Origin: Pyrinomonadaceae bacterium | Lineage (GTDB): Bacteria > Acidobacteriota > Blastocatellia > Pyrinomonadales > Pyrinomonadaceae | Assembly (NCBI GenBank): GCA_030841085.1 | Contig: JAVEDP010000007.1 | Coordinates: 15,129-79,128, forward strand | Direction: 5' to 3' | Length of the DNA stretch: 64,000 nucleotides | Part shown: positions 54,308 through 62,638 of the stretch, piece after piece | How positions within the stretch are numbered: the first letter of the stretch is position 1 | Layout of the letters: each line of letters opens with the position of its first letter | Translations under genes and position numbers: made by a program | Notes under the pieces: generated by a model | Told to the model about the DNA's origin: nothing | What the model saw: the letters and a program-made list of their open reading frames with translations, nothing else | The model's database searches: none

Positions 54308-55825
54308 TCACCAGCAGCCTGCGTACTCGACCTGTCCGGTGGCCTCCCAAGTTTGTCCACCGTCCCAAGACTCGTACCATACCCACCAGTACTCCGTGCA
54401 GTAGTAGTAGCCCCCGCCTCCACCGCCTCCTTCTCCACCGCCACCGCCACCGCCGACTGGCGGAAAACAGGTCCAACTGCAAACGGGTACCTCATTGAAA
54501 TACAGGGTGCCATCACAGGCAGGCGGAGCGGGTGTGGGCGAAGGACATGGATCCTTCACACAGCAGCTTCCATCGGCATGATAGAAGGGCGGACAGCCGC
54601 CACTGTTGATGCCCGGCGGTTCGGGATTAGTGCAATAGTCTCTTGGAATGCCGCTCGCACAATTGCCCGGACTTGTGAAGGGGCAAGGAACCGGCGTCGG
54701 CGTCGGAGTGGGGCTAGGTGTTGGCGTTGGAGGGGGCGTTGGGCCTCCACAAGGTTCGAGGGTGATTGTTTGACAGGTGAACGTCGCTCCGTTTACTAGG
54801 GGACATTCTATCGAATCGAAATCCGATGTATAGCAAGATCCTCGTGGGTCACTACAGAATGTCGGCGTCGGTCTTTCTTGATTGGGGCAGTTAAGGCATA
54901 CATGGGATCTATGGCTTATCAGAGAAGTACATCCATCAGCCGGGCAACAGTCCTGCGGATTTGGATTCGGTTCGAAGGACACCGATTTGAATGATTTTGA
55001 TGAAGACAAAAATTTTACCGGCAGGAAGCTTGCCGGTAAATCAGTGATCGATGATCTCTTTCTGAGACTGCCTTGTTCAGCAGACTTCGATGGTAAGCTT
55101 TTAGGATCACCTTTATTAGGCTGATCCATGCATCGATTCAAGCTCGATCGCTCATTGCTGGGGCGCGGGAAGACAAGCCCACCTGGTCCGTAGCCCGTGC
55201 CGTCGCCGAAATTCACGCGTTGAAATTTGATCGTAATCTTCTTGGGATATGCACGGTTCTCCTTTCGCTGGAGTATCTCCCAGGCCTCCAACTGTCCCGG
55301 GTGAATCTTCAGGATAGTTGACTCGCCCGGCATGACGGGAATGTCCTCAGGCGTAGCAAGAACCTTAAGGTCTCCCAGTTCAGTCCTGCCGTAATAGAGA
55401 GGGGCCACTATACGATATCCAGCGGCGGCTTTTATGTCGGTAATCAGAAGGAGGTAAAACTCATAGATCGGCTTATCTCCGGTATTGGTGACCTCAAGCT
55501 CAAAGTCTCGGGCCCACTTTTCGTTTTTCAAATCTCTGAATGCTTTCTCTTTCTCTTTTTTAATCCTAACCTTGAGCGGCACCTGCTTCGGGATGGCGTC
55601 CTCAAGCTCTCGCTCTTCAACGCGTGATTGCGTATTTTTGAGCATTCGAGCCTCCGCGTCGGTTAGCTTCAGCTTGAACTGATCTTTTCGGCGCAGCACC
55701 TTTGCCCTCGTTCGCTGCGGTTGGATATTGGTTTCTCCTTTGCCATGCTTTGCTGACACAAGCAGGGATATTGAGACGGCTAGGATTGAAAGAAGCAGCC
55801 ACGTAATTCTTTTATGCGTTACCAT
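54308..55825 (-). CDS. Secreted protein with an unknown N-terminal domain and a Cys/Pro/Gly-rich C-terminal region
   Basis: Signal peptide. An N-terminal domain of about 230 aa ending FGDGTGYGP. Then about 40 Cys, PT-rich linkers (PTPPPTPTPSPTPTPTPVP), a G7-E-G7 run and an aromatic tail (YYYCTEYWWVWYESWDGGQTW). Confidence 0.75.
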   Translation of the reverse strand: MVTHKRITWLLLSILAVSISLLVSAKHGKGETNIQPQRTRAKVLRRKDQFKLKLTDAEARMLKNTQSRVEERELEDAIPKQVPLKVRIKKEKEKAFRDLKNEKWARDFELEVTNTGDKPIYEFYLLLITDIKAAAGYRIVAPLYYGRTELGDLKVLATPEDIPVMPGESTILKIHPGQLEAWEILQRKENRAYPKKITIKFQRVNFGDGTGYGPGGLVFPRPSNERSSLNRCMDQPNKGDPKSLPSKSAEQGSLRKRSSITDLPASFLPVKFLSSSKSFKSVSFEPNPNPQDCCPADGCTSLISHRSHVCLNCPNQERPTPTFCSDPRGSCYTSDFDSIECPLVNGATFTCQTITLEPCGGPTPPPTPTPSPTPTPTPVPCPFTSPGNCASGIPRDYCTNPEPPGINSGGCPPFYHADGSCCVKDPCPSPTPAPPACDGTLYFNEVPVCSWTCFPPVGGGGGGGEGGGGGGGYYYCTEYWWVWYESWDGGQTWEATGQVEYAGCW

Positions 55826-56104
55826 TGTGAGTCTCCTTCAAGCTTAGTGAGGGTTCATCGAGACAAATGAGACTACGCTCTCAAATGTGAGTTCATTGGT
55901 TAGAAGGTATTCGATTTGCACGAGCAAGGACTATTTGGCATCAGTGAGCTTCGCTTTTCTGGGGCTTATTTATCAGCAGAGCTGACGAAAAGTCAACGCA
56001 AAAAATCTTTAGCAAGTCGGCATGAGCGAATGATAAATGATTGGATTTACGGCTTAGGCTGAGAGCCGCAGCCAATACGGCCGGTCCACCTTTGTTGTTT
56101 TGGT

Positions 56105-56446
56105 CTATGCCATTCGGAAATACGCTGACTTTGCACGAGGTATCGCGATCCCTTCATTGCCCACGTAGCCCGTTCCATCGCCAAACCTCAGCCCCTCAAG
56201 TTTAAGTTGGATCTTCTTAGGCTGCGGCCGATGATCTTCACGTTGAAGCTTCTCCCAAACCGGCACTTGCCGGGGGTCAATCTTGAAGGCTTTCGTCTCG
56301 CCCGGCCAAATCGGAACATCAATATTCTCAAAATGTAAATAGCCATTCGCGGGCGCATGGCCGGCTAGGGTAAGCTGGATCGCAAGCGGCAGCCGTGAAC
56401 GGATATTACTGATGGAAATTAAGAGGGACGGCAAACCAAATGGCAA
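56105..56446 (-). pseudogene. Truncated paralog of the N-terminal domain of the 54308-55825 protein
   Basis: PIWPGETKAFKIDPRQVPVWEKLQREDHRPQPKKIQLKLEGLRFGDGTGY aligns with PVMPGESTILKIHPGQLEAWEILQRKENRAYPKKITIKFQRVNFGDGTGY. It has no signal peptide, and its 5' end runs into the opposite-strand gene. Confidence 0.45.
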
Positions 56447-58142
56447 GCAATACGCAAAGCGGAATGGAGTTATTGTCTACGCGCTGTTGTTAACTGCGGC
56501 GTTTTGCTTTCGTGTTTCGGTGGCGCGCTTGCTGCCGAATGACGAGCCGGGTGACGGAAAAATCTATGCGCAGATTGCGCGCAACGTCCTCGAGCAACAC
56601 GTCTACTCGCATGCGACCGAGCCGCCTTACGACCCATCGCTGATTCGACTTCCGGGCTATCCGCTTTTTCTTGCCGGCATCTACGCAGTTTTTGGACACG
56701 GCGACAACACCGCTGTGCGCATTGCGCAGGCCTTGATCGATACCGCTTCGTGCGCGTTGATCGCGTTGTTGGCGTTCTACTGGGAGCCGGATGAAAAACT
56801 AAAGCGGCGCAGTGCCATTGCCGCGCTCGCACTCGCGGCTGCTTGTCCCTTCAGCACCATCTACGTCGCAACGATTCTGACTGAAACGCCTACGATTTTC
56901 TTCGCAGTCGCGATGTGTTTGACGGCAACGCTCGCATTTCGAGCGCTCGAGCAAAAGCGCGCGCTGCTGTGGTGGTTGGCAACGGGAATTATTTCCGGAC
57001 TTGCTGTTTTATTCCGGCCCGATAGCGGACTGTTTGCCGCTGCGATTGGCATTACGCTGGTTGCGACAACTCTAAAACGTTCAGGTGGTCCCGCAGGAAC
57101 TGCGCACGAAAGCAAAATCTTGTTCAGATTTTCCCGAGCTGCTTTTTTGGGGGCTGTCTTTTCGTTGGCTTTCTGTTTGGTCCTGGTGCCGTGGACCATC
57201 CGCAATGAGCGCGTGTTTCACCTGTTTCAGCCGCTGGCGCCGGCGCACGCCGAGATGCCGGGTGAATTCGTGCCGCGCGGCTATTTAGCCTGGCTGCGCA
57301 CCTGGATTGATGATGGCCGTTACATTGAACCGGTGCTTTGGGCGCTTGATGAATCTCCGATCAAGATCGCAGATATTCCGGATAGCGCTTTTGATTCCGC
57401 TGAAGAGAAACAGCGCGTAGCCTCGTTGTTTGATAAGTACAATCATCCGCCGGATGATGCGTCGCATGACAGCAGCAGCAACGCGCAATCGCAAGCGGCG
57501 CCCTCGCCCGCGGATAATCAAATCGAGGAGCAGGACCAAGCCAACGACAACGCGAACGACAATTCCAACGACAACAACAACGAAGCTGATTCCGGCAACC
57601 AAAACGACGAAGACAATGCAAATTCAAACGATGAAGCAGACGAAAACGATCAAGCTGATGAAGATACGAGCGCCGATCAGTCTTCAACTCAAGCGGTCGA
57701 GATGACGCCGGAAATCGATGCCGGCTTTGCGCAGCTCGCTGCCGAACGCAGAGCGCGTCATCCGATCCGTTATTACCTTTTCTTACCGTTCAAGCGCGGA
57801 CTGTCGCTCTGGTTTGATACTCACTCGCAATACTATCCGTTCGAAGGCGAGCTGCTGCCCCTGGGTGATCTTGATTATGACAACCAGCAACAATACTGGC
57901 TGCCGCTTTTTGCCGGGCTGACTTTTCTTTACACGTTGCTTGGCGTGGCTGGTGCCTGGTTCTTGTGGAGTTCGGGATTGTTCACCGCACGGCGCTGGTT
58001 GCTGCTGGCGGCACTCATGATCCTGTTGCGAGTTGGCTTCTTCGCAACGATTGAAAATCCTGAACCACGTTACGTAGTAGAGGTGTTTCCATTTCTGTCC
58101 GTACTCGGTGGCATCGCGATCACGCGCATCAAGTTCCGCTAA
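56412..58142 (+). CDS. GT-C fold glycosyltransferase (ArnT/PMT-like, GT39/GT83-type) with an acidic low-complexity insert
   Basis: Polytopic membrane protein whose first loop has the D/E-containing motif LLPNDEPGDGKIYAQIARN. It carries an Asn/Asp/Glu-rich insert of about 80 aa. The start is uncertain. Confidence 0.75.
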   Translation: MEIKRDGKPNGKQYAKRNGVIVYALLLTAAFCFRVSVARLLPNDEPGDGKIYAQIARNVLEQHVYSHATEPPYDPSLIRLPGYPLFLAGIYAVFGHGDNTAVRIAQALIDTASCALIALLAFYWEPDEKLKRRSAIAALALAAACPFSTIYVATILTETPTIFFAVAMCLTATLAFRALEQKRALLWWLATGIISGLAVLFRPDSGLFAAAIGITLVATTLKRSGGPAGTAHESKILFRFSRAAFLGAVFSLAFCLVLVPWTIRNERVFHLFQPLAPAHAEMPGEFVPRGYLAWLRTWIDDGRYIEPVLWALDESPIKIADIPDSAFDSAEEKQRVASLFDKYNHPPDDASHDSSSNAQSQAAPSPADNQIEEQDQANDNANDNSNDNNNEADSGNQNDEDNANSNDEADENDQADEDTSADQSSTQAVEMTPEIDAGFAQLAAERRARHPIRYYLFLPFKRGLSLWFDTHSQYYPFEGELLPLGDLDYDNQQQYWLPLFAGLTFLYTLLGVAGAWFLWSSGLFTARRWLLLAALMILLRVGFFATIENPEPRYVVEVFPFLSVLGGIAITRIKFR

Positions 58143-58296
58143 GGCATTTTCTTAGAACGAAAAGCATTAACTCATAAGACCGAGAACTTTACGCTGAAAT
58201 GTCATGGGCACATCAGGCGGCAAAGCCGAACTGACGTGGCCCATAGCATTTGAGGCAAAGCTCTTCTTTAGGTTTTCTTAATCGCCTGCTGCCTAT

Positions 58297-58974
58297 TTAT
58301 GGAACAGGCGAAGACGCCGGTGAGGCTTGTTCCGACGGCATAACGCGCGAAGGGTCAGGCTTGTCGGCAGAGGTATGCACGTGAATGGCTTTCCAATCTT
58401 TTCCTACTCTTTTGAAAACCAAAGTCATCCGCCCGGTCGCAGTTTCCGGAGTTCCTTTGTAAGTTTGGGATTGCGTCCACAGACAAGTCACGATCGCACC
58501 ATCACGGCCGAGCATGGTTATTGAAACATCGCGCACATCGAGTTTGACTTCCTTCACATCGGCGTAGGAACTCTCGCGGTTTTTGCGCATCTGGTCCCAA
58601 CCGCGCGTTACGGTGCCGTTGTTATTGAACAAAAGCAGGCGCGGGGAATTCAGGTAGACACTGGCTACGGCTTTCGGGTCAGCATGACGAATTCCGTTTA
58701 CGAGCGCGTTGAATGCGGCGATGACACTTTGCGAACCCGGCGTTTCGTTGCCGGTAATTTTAGGTTTCGTTTCGCTGCGACGAGCCGCCGGCGCTTTCGC
58801 AGCGGGTTGTTGCACATCGGTACTCGGCGTCGCTCGTGTTGGAGTTCTGCCAGGAACGGGCGTTCCAGTCGTGCGCGGACGAATCGAGGGCGCGGAATTT
58901 GAGTTCTGGGCCAACGCGGCGGAAGTTGCCAGAGGCAAAACCAAAATGAGAACGAGTGTGAAACTACCTTTCAT
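58297..58974 (-). CDS. Secreted SnoaL-like/DUF4440 (NTF2-fold) protein with a Pro/Thr/Ala-rich linker
   Basis: Signal peptide, a low-complexity linker, then an NTF2-like domain ending GKDWKAIHVHTS. Confidence 0.7.
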   Translation of the reverse strand: MKGSFTLVLILVLPLATSAALAQNSNSAPSIRPRTTGTPVPGRTPTRATPSTDVQQPAAKAPAARRSETKPKITGNETPGSQSVIAAFNALVNGIRHADPKAVASVYLNSPRLLLFNNNGTVTRGWDQMRKNRESSYADVKEVKLDVRDVSITMLGRDGAIVTCLWTQSQTYKGTPETATGRMTLVFKRVGKDWKAIHVHTSADKPDPSRVMPSEQASPASSPVP

Positions 58975-59028
58975 AATTGCTCCTATTTAACCATGCTTCG
59001 CTGGGAATCAAATGCGCGACTTCGTAAA

Positions 59029-60549
59029 CTACACATCGCCGACCGCGTTCATCGCGTCAAACCATGGTACTCCACTGCGCAATCTTTCAACAGAACGTTT
59101 TTGACCGAGAATGGCGAACACTTCAAACATCGAAGGTCCGACCGCCTGACCAGTCAACATCGTTCGCGAACCATTGATTAGCAGGCCTGCCTTCACGCCG
59201 CTCTCTTCAGCGAAACCACGAAGCGCCGCTTCAGCGGTGTCGTGATTGAACGGATCCAATTTCTCCAGGTGGTCAGCAAGTCCCGGCAACAGCTCTTTGA
59301 GTTTCGGTTCCTTCCGCAGATTTTTGTTGACCGCCGCTTCGTCGAAATCAAAGTCGTCGGAAAAATAAGCGCGACCCTGTGCCGAGAAATCCTTCAGCGT
59401 GTGAAAGCGTTGGCGAATAACCTGGACGGCGCTGACAAACCAGTCGTGGTCGTCTTCGTCATATTCTTCTCGCCACAGTTTGTTCGCGCGCAACTCCGCT
59501 TTGATCATTGGCAGCAAATCATCTACCGGCATAGTGCGGATGTATTCCGCGTTCATCCAAAGCGCTTTTTCATCCGTCCAGTGGCGCGGATCGTTCTCCT
59601 GAAAATTGAAAACCGCGGGCGAGCGGTGAATGTGTTCGAGCGAAAACTCCGCAATCAATTCGTCAACAGATAAGACTTCTTTGCCTTCCGCGGGCGACCA
59701 TCCCAACAGCGCCAGGAAATTGCGAAAGGCCGCAGGCACAAAACCACGATCGCGATAAGTGGTTAACGAAACTACTTCGCCGTGTTTGCGTTTGGAAAGC
59801 TTTCCTTTGTTCGGCGCCAGGATCAGCGGCAAGTGCGCAAAGTGAGGCAGGCGCGCGCCCAGCGCCTGATACAGCAGAATCTGCTTGTGCGTATTGGTCA
59901 GATGATCCTGGCCGCGGATGACGTGTGTGATGCCCATCTCGATATCGTCGATTACAACCGAGAGGTTATAAAGCGGGTGGCCATCGGAACGCAGCAGGAC
60001 CAGGTCTTCAATTTCGGAGTACTCGCGTTCTTGTGGTCCATAAACCATATCGTCAAAGTGCGTCTTGCCATCGCTCGCAATTTTCAAACGTACGGCAAAT
60101 GGTTCGCCGGCCGCAGCGCGCTTGTCTGACTCTTCGCCGGCCAAATCGCGGAACGGATTGCTGCGATGGTCCACGCCTTCGGCTGCGTGCGCGCGTGCGC
60201 GATCGGCGATGCCTTGTTTGACGGTCGCATCGTTGCGTTCGGCTTTCGGTGTGAAGTCGCGATAGGCCTTTCCTTCTGCGACCAGTTTGTTAGCGGCAGC
60301 TCGATGCTTGTCGGCATTCGCGGATTGAAAAACTAATTCTTCGTCGTAAGACAATCCCAACCATTCAAGACCGTCGATAATTGAGCGCGTGGATTCGTCC
60401 GTCGAGCGCTGCAGATCCGTGTCTTCAATTCGCAGCAGAAATTTGCCGCCGGTTTTTTTCGCGTAAAGCCAGTTGAACAGCGCCGAGCGCGCCGCGCCGA
60501 TGTGCAGATAGCCGGTTGGAGATGGAGCGAAACGTACGCGAACGGACAT
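59029..60549 (-). CDS. gltX: Glutamate--tRNA ligase
   Basis: Class I HIGH-type motif (PSPTGYLHIGAAR) and the KMSKS variant KLSKRK. At 506 aa it is colinear with GluRS. Confidence 0.95.
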   Translation of the reverse strand: MSVRVRFAPSPTGYLHIGAARSALFNWLYAKKTGGKFLLRIEDTDLQRSTDESTRSIIDGLEWLGLSYDEELVFQSANADKHRAAANKLVAEGKAYRDFTPKAERNDATVKQGIADRARAHAAEGVDHRSNPFRDLAGEESDKRAAAGEPFAVRLKIASDGKTHFDDMVYGPQEREYSEIEDLVLLRSDGHPLYNLSVVIDDIEMGITHVIRGQDHLTNTHKQILLYQALGARLPHFAHLPLILAPNKGKLSKRKHGEVVSLTTYRDRGFVPAAFRNFLALLGWSPAEGKEVLSVDELIAEFSLEHIHRSPAVFNFQENDPRHWTDEKALWMNAEYIRTMPVDDLLPMIKAELRANKLWREEYDEDDHDWFVSAVQVIRQRFHTLKDFSAQGRAYFSDDFDFDEAAVNKNLRKEPKLKELLPGLADHLEKLDPFNHDTAEAALRGFAEESGVKAGLLINGSRTMLTGQAVGPSMFEVFAILGQKRSVERLRSGVPWFDAMNAVGDV

Positions 60550-60557
60550 AAGAATAA

Positions 60558-60677
60558 GAGGTCAGAGATCAGAAGTCAGAGGTCAGTAAAAGAGGTCAGA
60601 GGTCGGAAGTCAAAGGTCAGTTAAAAAGGAACTCGAACGCTTCTTACTGACCTCTGACCGCTGACTTCTGACCTCTG
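60558..60677. repeat. Heptamer-armed hairpin (GAGGTCA/AGAAGTC-type) between tRNA-Ser and gltX
   Basis: The left arm (60558-60622) holds about 9 degenerate units and the right arm (60644-60677) is its complement. It shares the 12-mer CTGACTTCTGAT (mRNA sense) with the alaS leader. Confidence 0.9.
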
Positions 60678-60683
60678 TAGTTC

Positions 60684-60774
60684 TGGCGGAGATGACAGGA
60701 TTCGAACCTGTGAAGGGCTTTTGACCCTTAACGGTTTAGCAAACCGCCGCCTTCAGCCACTCGGCCACATCTCC
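60684..60774 (-). tRNA. tRNA-Ser (anticodon GCU)
   Basis: Hand fold of the reverse strand: 7-bp acceptor stem GGAGATG/CATCTCC; D-arm GCC-GAGTGGCTGAA-GGC; anticodon stem-loop GCGGT-TTGCTAA-ACCGT; long variable arm; T-arm ACAGG-TTCGAAT-CCTGT; discriminator G and an encoded CCA. Confidence 0.9.
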
Positions 60775-60842
60775 GGCGAGCACGCGAAAAATTATTCTAG
60801 TCGGCAGGTGAATATTGTCAAGGCAGGTGCGGTTTCGGGCAG

Positions 60843-61088
60843 TCATAGTTTGAATCCGACGTCCATGCGTTGCAGCGCCTCATCCACCTCATGAAGCAGT
60901 CGAGTTAATTCGGCAGGACGATGAAAGCCATTTGCCGCCGCCTGTAACTTCTCGCGCCGATCGATTAATTGATTGCGTAGCACGGGGCTCGATTGCGGTA
61001 ACCATTTCGTGAATCCTTCCTGGTTCAGGCGGTCGTGCTGGCGGGACGTGGAGCTCTTTGTAGTTGTACTGGAAGCCGGGGAGCGCAA
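60843..61088 (-). CDS. Hypothetical small protein; the C-terminal helix resembles the pre-zinc-finger part of TraR/DksA-family proteins, possibly truncated
   Basis: The ORF overlaps the arsR 3' end by 64 nt. LTRLLHEVDEALQRMDVG resembles the LL.E.D.AL.RI..G motif, but no CxxC zinc finger follows in any frame. Confidence 0.25.
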   Translation of the reverse strand: MRSPASSTTTKSSTSRQHDRLNQEGFTKWLPQSSPVLRNQLIDRREKLQAAANGFHRPAELTRLLHEVDEALQRMDVGFKL

Positions 61089-61417
61089 CAGATTTTCTGT
61101 AAGCGAGAACGATCGTTTTGCATGGCCGGATGGCCGGCCAACCAGGTTCTAACTTCGCGAAAAATTCTGGCAGCGTGCGGGTCGCGCGGTTCCGTAATGC
61201 GATAGTGAATCCATTTGCCGTCGCGTCGCGCTGAAACTACACCGGCTCGTTTCAAGTAAGCGAGATGCCGCGAAATCTTTGGTTGATTGATTTTCAAAAC
61301 TTCGACGAAGAAACATACGCATACCTCGTCTTCGCCGATGAGATTGATCAATCGCAGACGGGTGCGGTCTGCCAGTGCTTTGAAGAGAAAAGCGATGTTT
61401 TCTTCGTTGTTTGCCAT
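61025..61417 (-). CDS. arsR: ArsR/SmtB-family metalloregulator
   Basis: Winged-helix ALADRTRLRLINLI, the CVC metal/metalloid site (EVCVCFFVEVL) and QPKISRHLAYLKRAGVV. Confidence 0.88.
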   Translation of the reverse strand: MANNEENIAFLFKALADRTRLRLINLIGEDEVCVCFFVEVLKINQPKISRHLAYLKRAGVVSARRDGKWIHYRITEPRDPHAARIFREVRTWLAGHPAMQNDRSRLQKICCAPRLPVQLQRAPRPASTTA

Positions 61418-61583
61418 GCGGGTTTAGACCTGTGTGCCTTGCAGTTAAGTATTACGATCTTGACCCTTCGGGAGTTCCTTTTTCACCCGAATTTCCGGGC
61501 AGTTTTTCAATTGAATTTACGCGGCAGTCCAGCAAAATTCTATCCGGATCATGCGTTCAAATCTAAACCACTGACCGATGGTT

Positions 61584-62090
61584 TCAATCGATACCCGCGA
61601 TATCGCTACGGCGCTCTAGCAATATCGTGTCACGCCAGACGCCTCTCATCTTGCCAATGCGTTCACGCCGGCCGACTTCGCGAAAGCCACACGATTTATG
61701 CAGCGCGAGACTTGCCGTATTCTCCGGAAACATGTTTGCCTGCAGGGTCCAAATGTCGTTCGCCTCCGAATCCGCGATCAGCTTTTGCAACAGCGCGCGT
61801 CCGACGCCTAAGCCACGCGAGCCAGCGGCGACGTAGATACTTACCTCGGCCTCGCCGGCGTAAACCGCGCGACTTGAAATCCGCCCGAGGGCCACCCAGC
61901 CAATTACTCGCTCTTCTGAAGCTGCTACCAACCTGGGGGCAGGGAAATGAGTTGCATCCCAAGCTTCCCAAGCCGGCGCCTCGGTCTCAAAAGTTGCATG
62001 ACCGGTGGCGATTCCTTCGAGATAAATGGCGCGCACCGCCGGCCAATCGCCCTCAACCAGCGCCCTAATTTGAATTTTTTCGCTAGGCAT
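61584..62090 (-). CDS. GNAT N-acetyltransferase, phosphinothricin/arsinothricin acetyltransferase-like (ArsN1-type candidate)
   Basis: 168 aa, PAT-like: IYLEGIATGHATFET...WV.......R.VY...AEVSIYV....RG.GVGR.LL. It sits next to arsR and arsI. Confidence 0.7.
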   Translation of the reverse strand: MPSEKIQIRALVEGDWPAVRAIYLEGIATGHATFETEAPAWEAWDATHFPAPRLVAASEERVIGWVALGRISSRAVYAGEAEVSIYVAAGSRGLGVGRALLQKLIADSEANDIWTLQANMFPENTASLALHKSCGFREVGRRERIGKMRGVWRDTILLERRSDIAGID

Positions 62091-62110
62091 AAAAAGAAAT
62101 CATATACGTC

Positions 62111-62139
62111 TTGACAGATATATCGGCGCGGAGTAATGT
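62111..62139 (+). promoter_or_regulatory. Sigma-70-like promoter for arsI (TTGACA-17 nt-TAATGT) within the divergent ars control region
   Basis: -35 at 62111-62116 and -10 at 62134-62139. AT-rich dyads (ATTCG-CTTATA-CGAAT at about 62148-62163) could be ArsR operators. AGAGGAGG Shine-Dalgarno lies before the ATG at 62186. Confidence 0.5.
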
Positions 62140-62185
62140 GCTCTCACATTCGCTTATACGAATATGAAATATAGAGGAGGACGAA

Positions 62186-62638
62186 ATGGAAAGCAAGCAA
62201 ACGGTACAGGCATTGAAGGCGCACTTGGCATTGAACGTGCGAAATCTGGAGCGAAGTATTCAGTTTTACAAAAAGATGCTGGGCATTGAGCCGAGCAAGG
62301 TGCGGCCGGGCTATGCGAAATTCGACGTGCAAAACCCGCCGCTGAATCTGACCTTGAACGAGGCGGCGTTTGGCGAGCGGGGCGCGCTGTCGCACCTTGG
62401 CATTCAGGTGGGCTCGACAGATGACGTGCTGCAAAAGCGCCAGCAATGGACAGAAGCGGGACTGATCACCCGCGATGAAATGCAGACCGATTGCTGCTAT
62501 GCGACGCAGGATAAGACCTGGGTGCAGGATCCGGATGGCAACGAATGGGAAGCCTTCGTGGTCCTCAAGGACAATCTGGAATCCAGCAGTCTGTGCTGCG
62601 CGACGAGTCAGCCGCAAACTGTGAACATCGGGCGGTAG
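62186..62638 (+). CDS. arsI: ArsI/CadI-family glyoxalase-fold metalloenzyme (candidate C-As lyase)
   Basis: VOC/glyoxalase fold (HLALNVRNLERSIQFYKKMLG) with the vicinal Cys pair in TDCCYATQDKTWVQDPDGNEWE and a Cys-containing tail. Confidence 0.8.
   Translation: MESKQTVQALKAHLALNVRNLERSIQFYKKMLGIEPSKVRPGYAKFDVQNPPLNLTLNEAAFGERGALSHLGIQVGSTDDVLQKRQQWTEAGLITRDEMQTDCCYATQDKTWVQDPDGNEWEAFVVLKDNLESSSLCCATSQPQTVNIGR

Noticed and set aside
60843-61088. Frameshifted TraR/DksA zinc-finger gene downstream of arsR
   Set aside because: I looked in all three frames after the stop for the expected CxxC...CxxC finger and found none. A truncated or unrelated small ORF is all that can be said, and it is kept only as a low-confidence feature.
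60684-62638. The ars trio considered as a genomic island integrated at tRNA-Ser
   Set aside because: The ars genes lie on the 5' side of the tRNA, not the 3' side where integrases usually act. I saw no integrase and no direct repeat of the tRNA 3' end.
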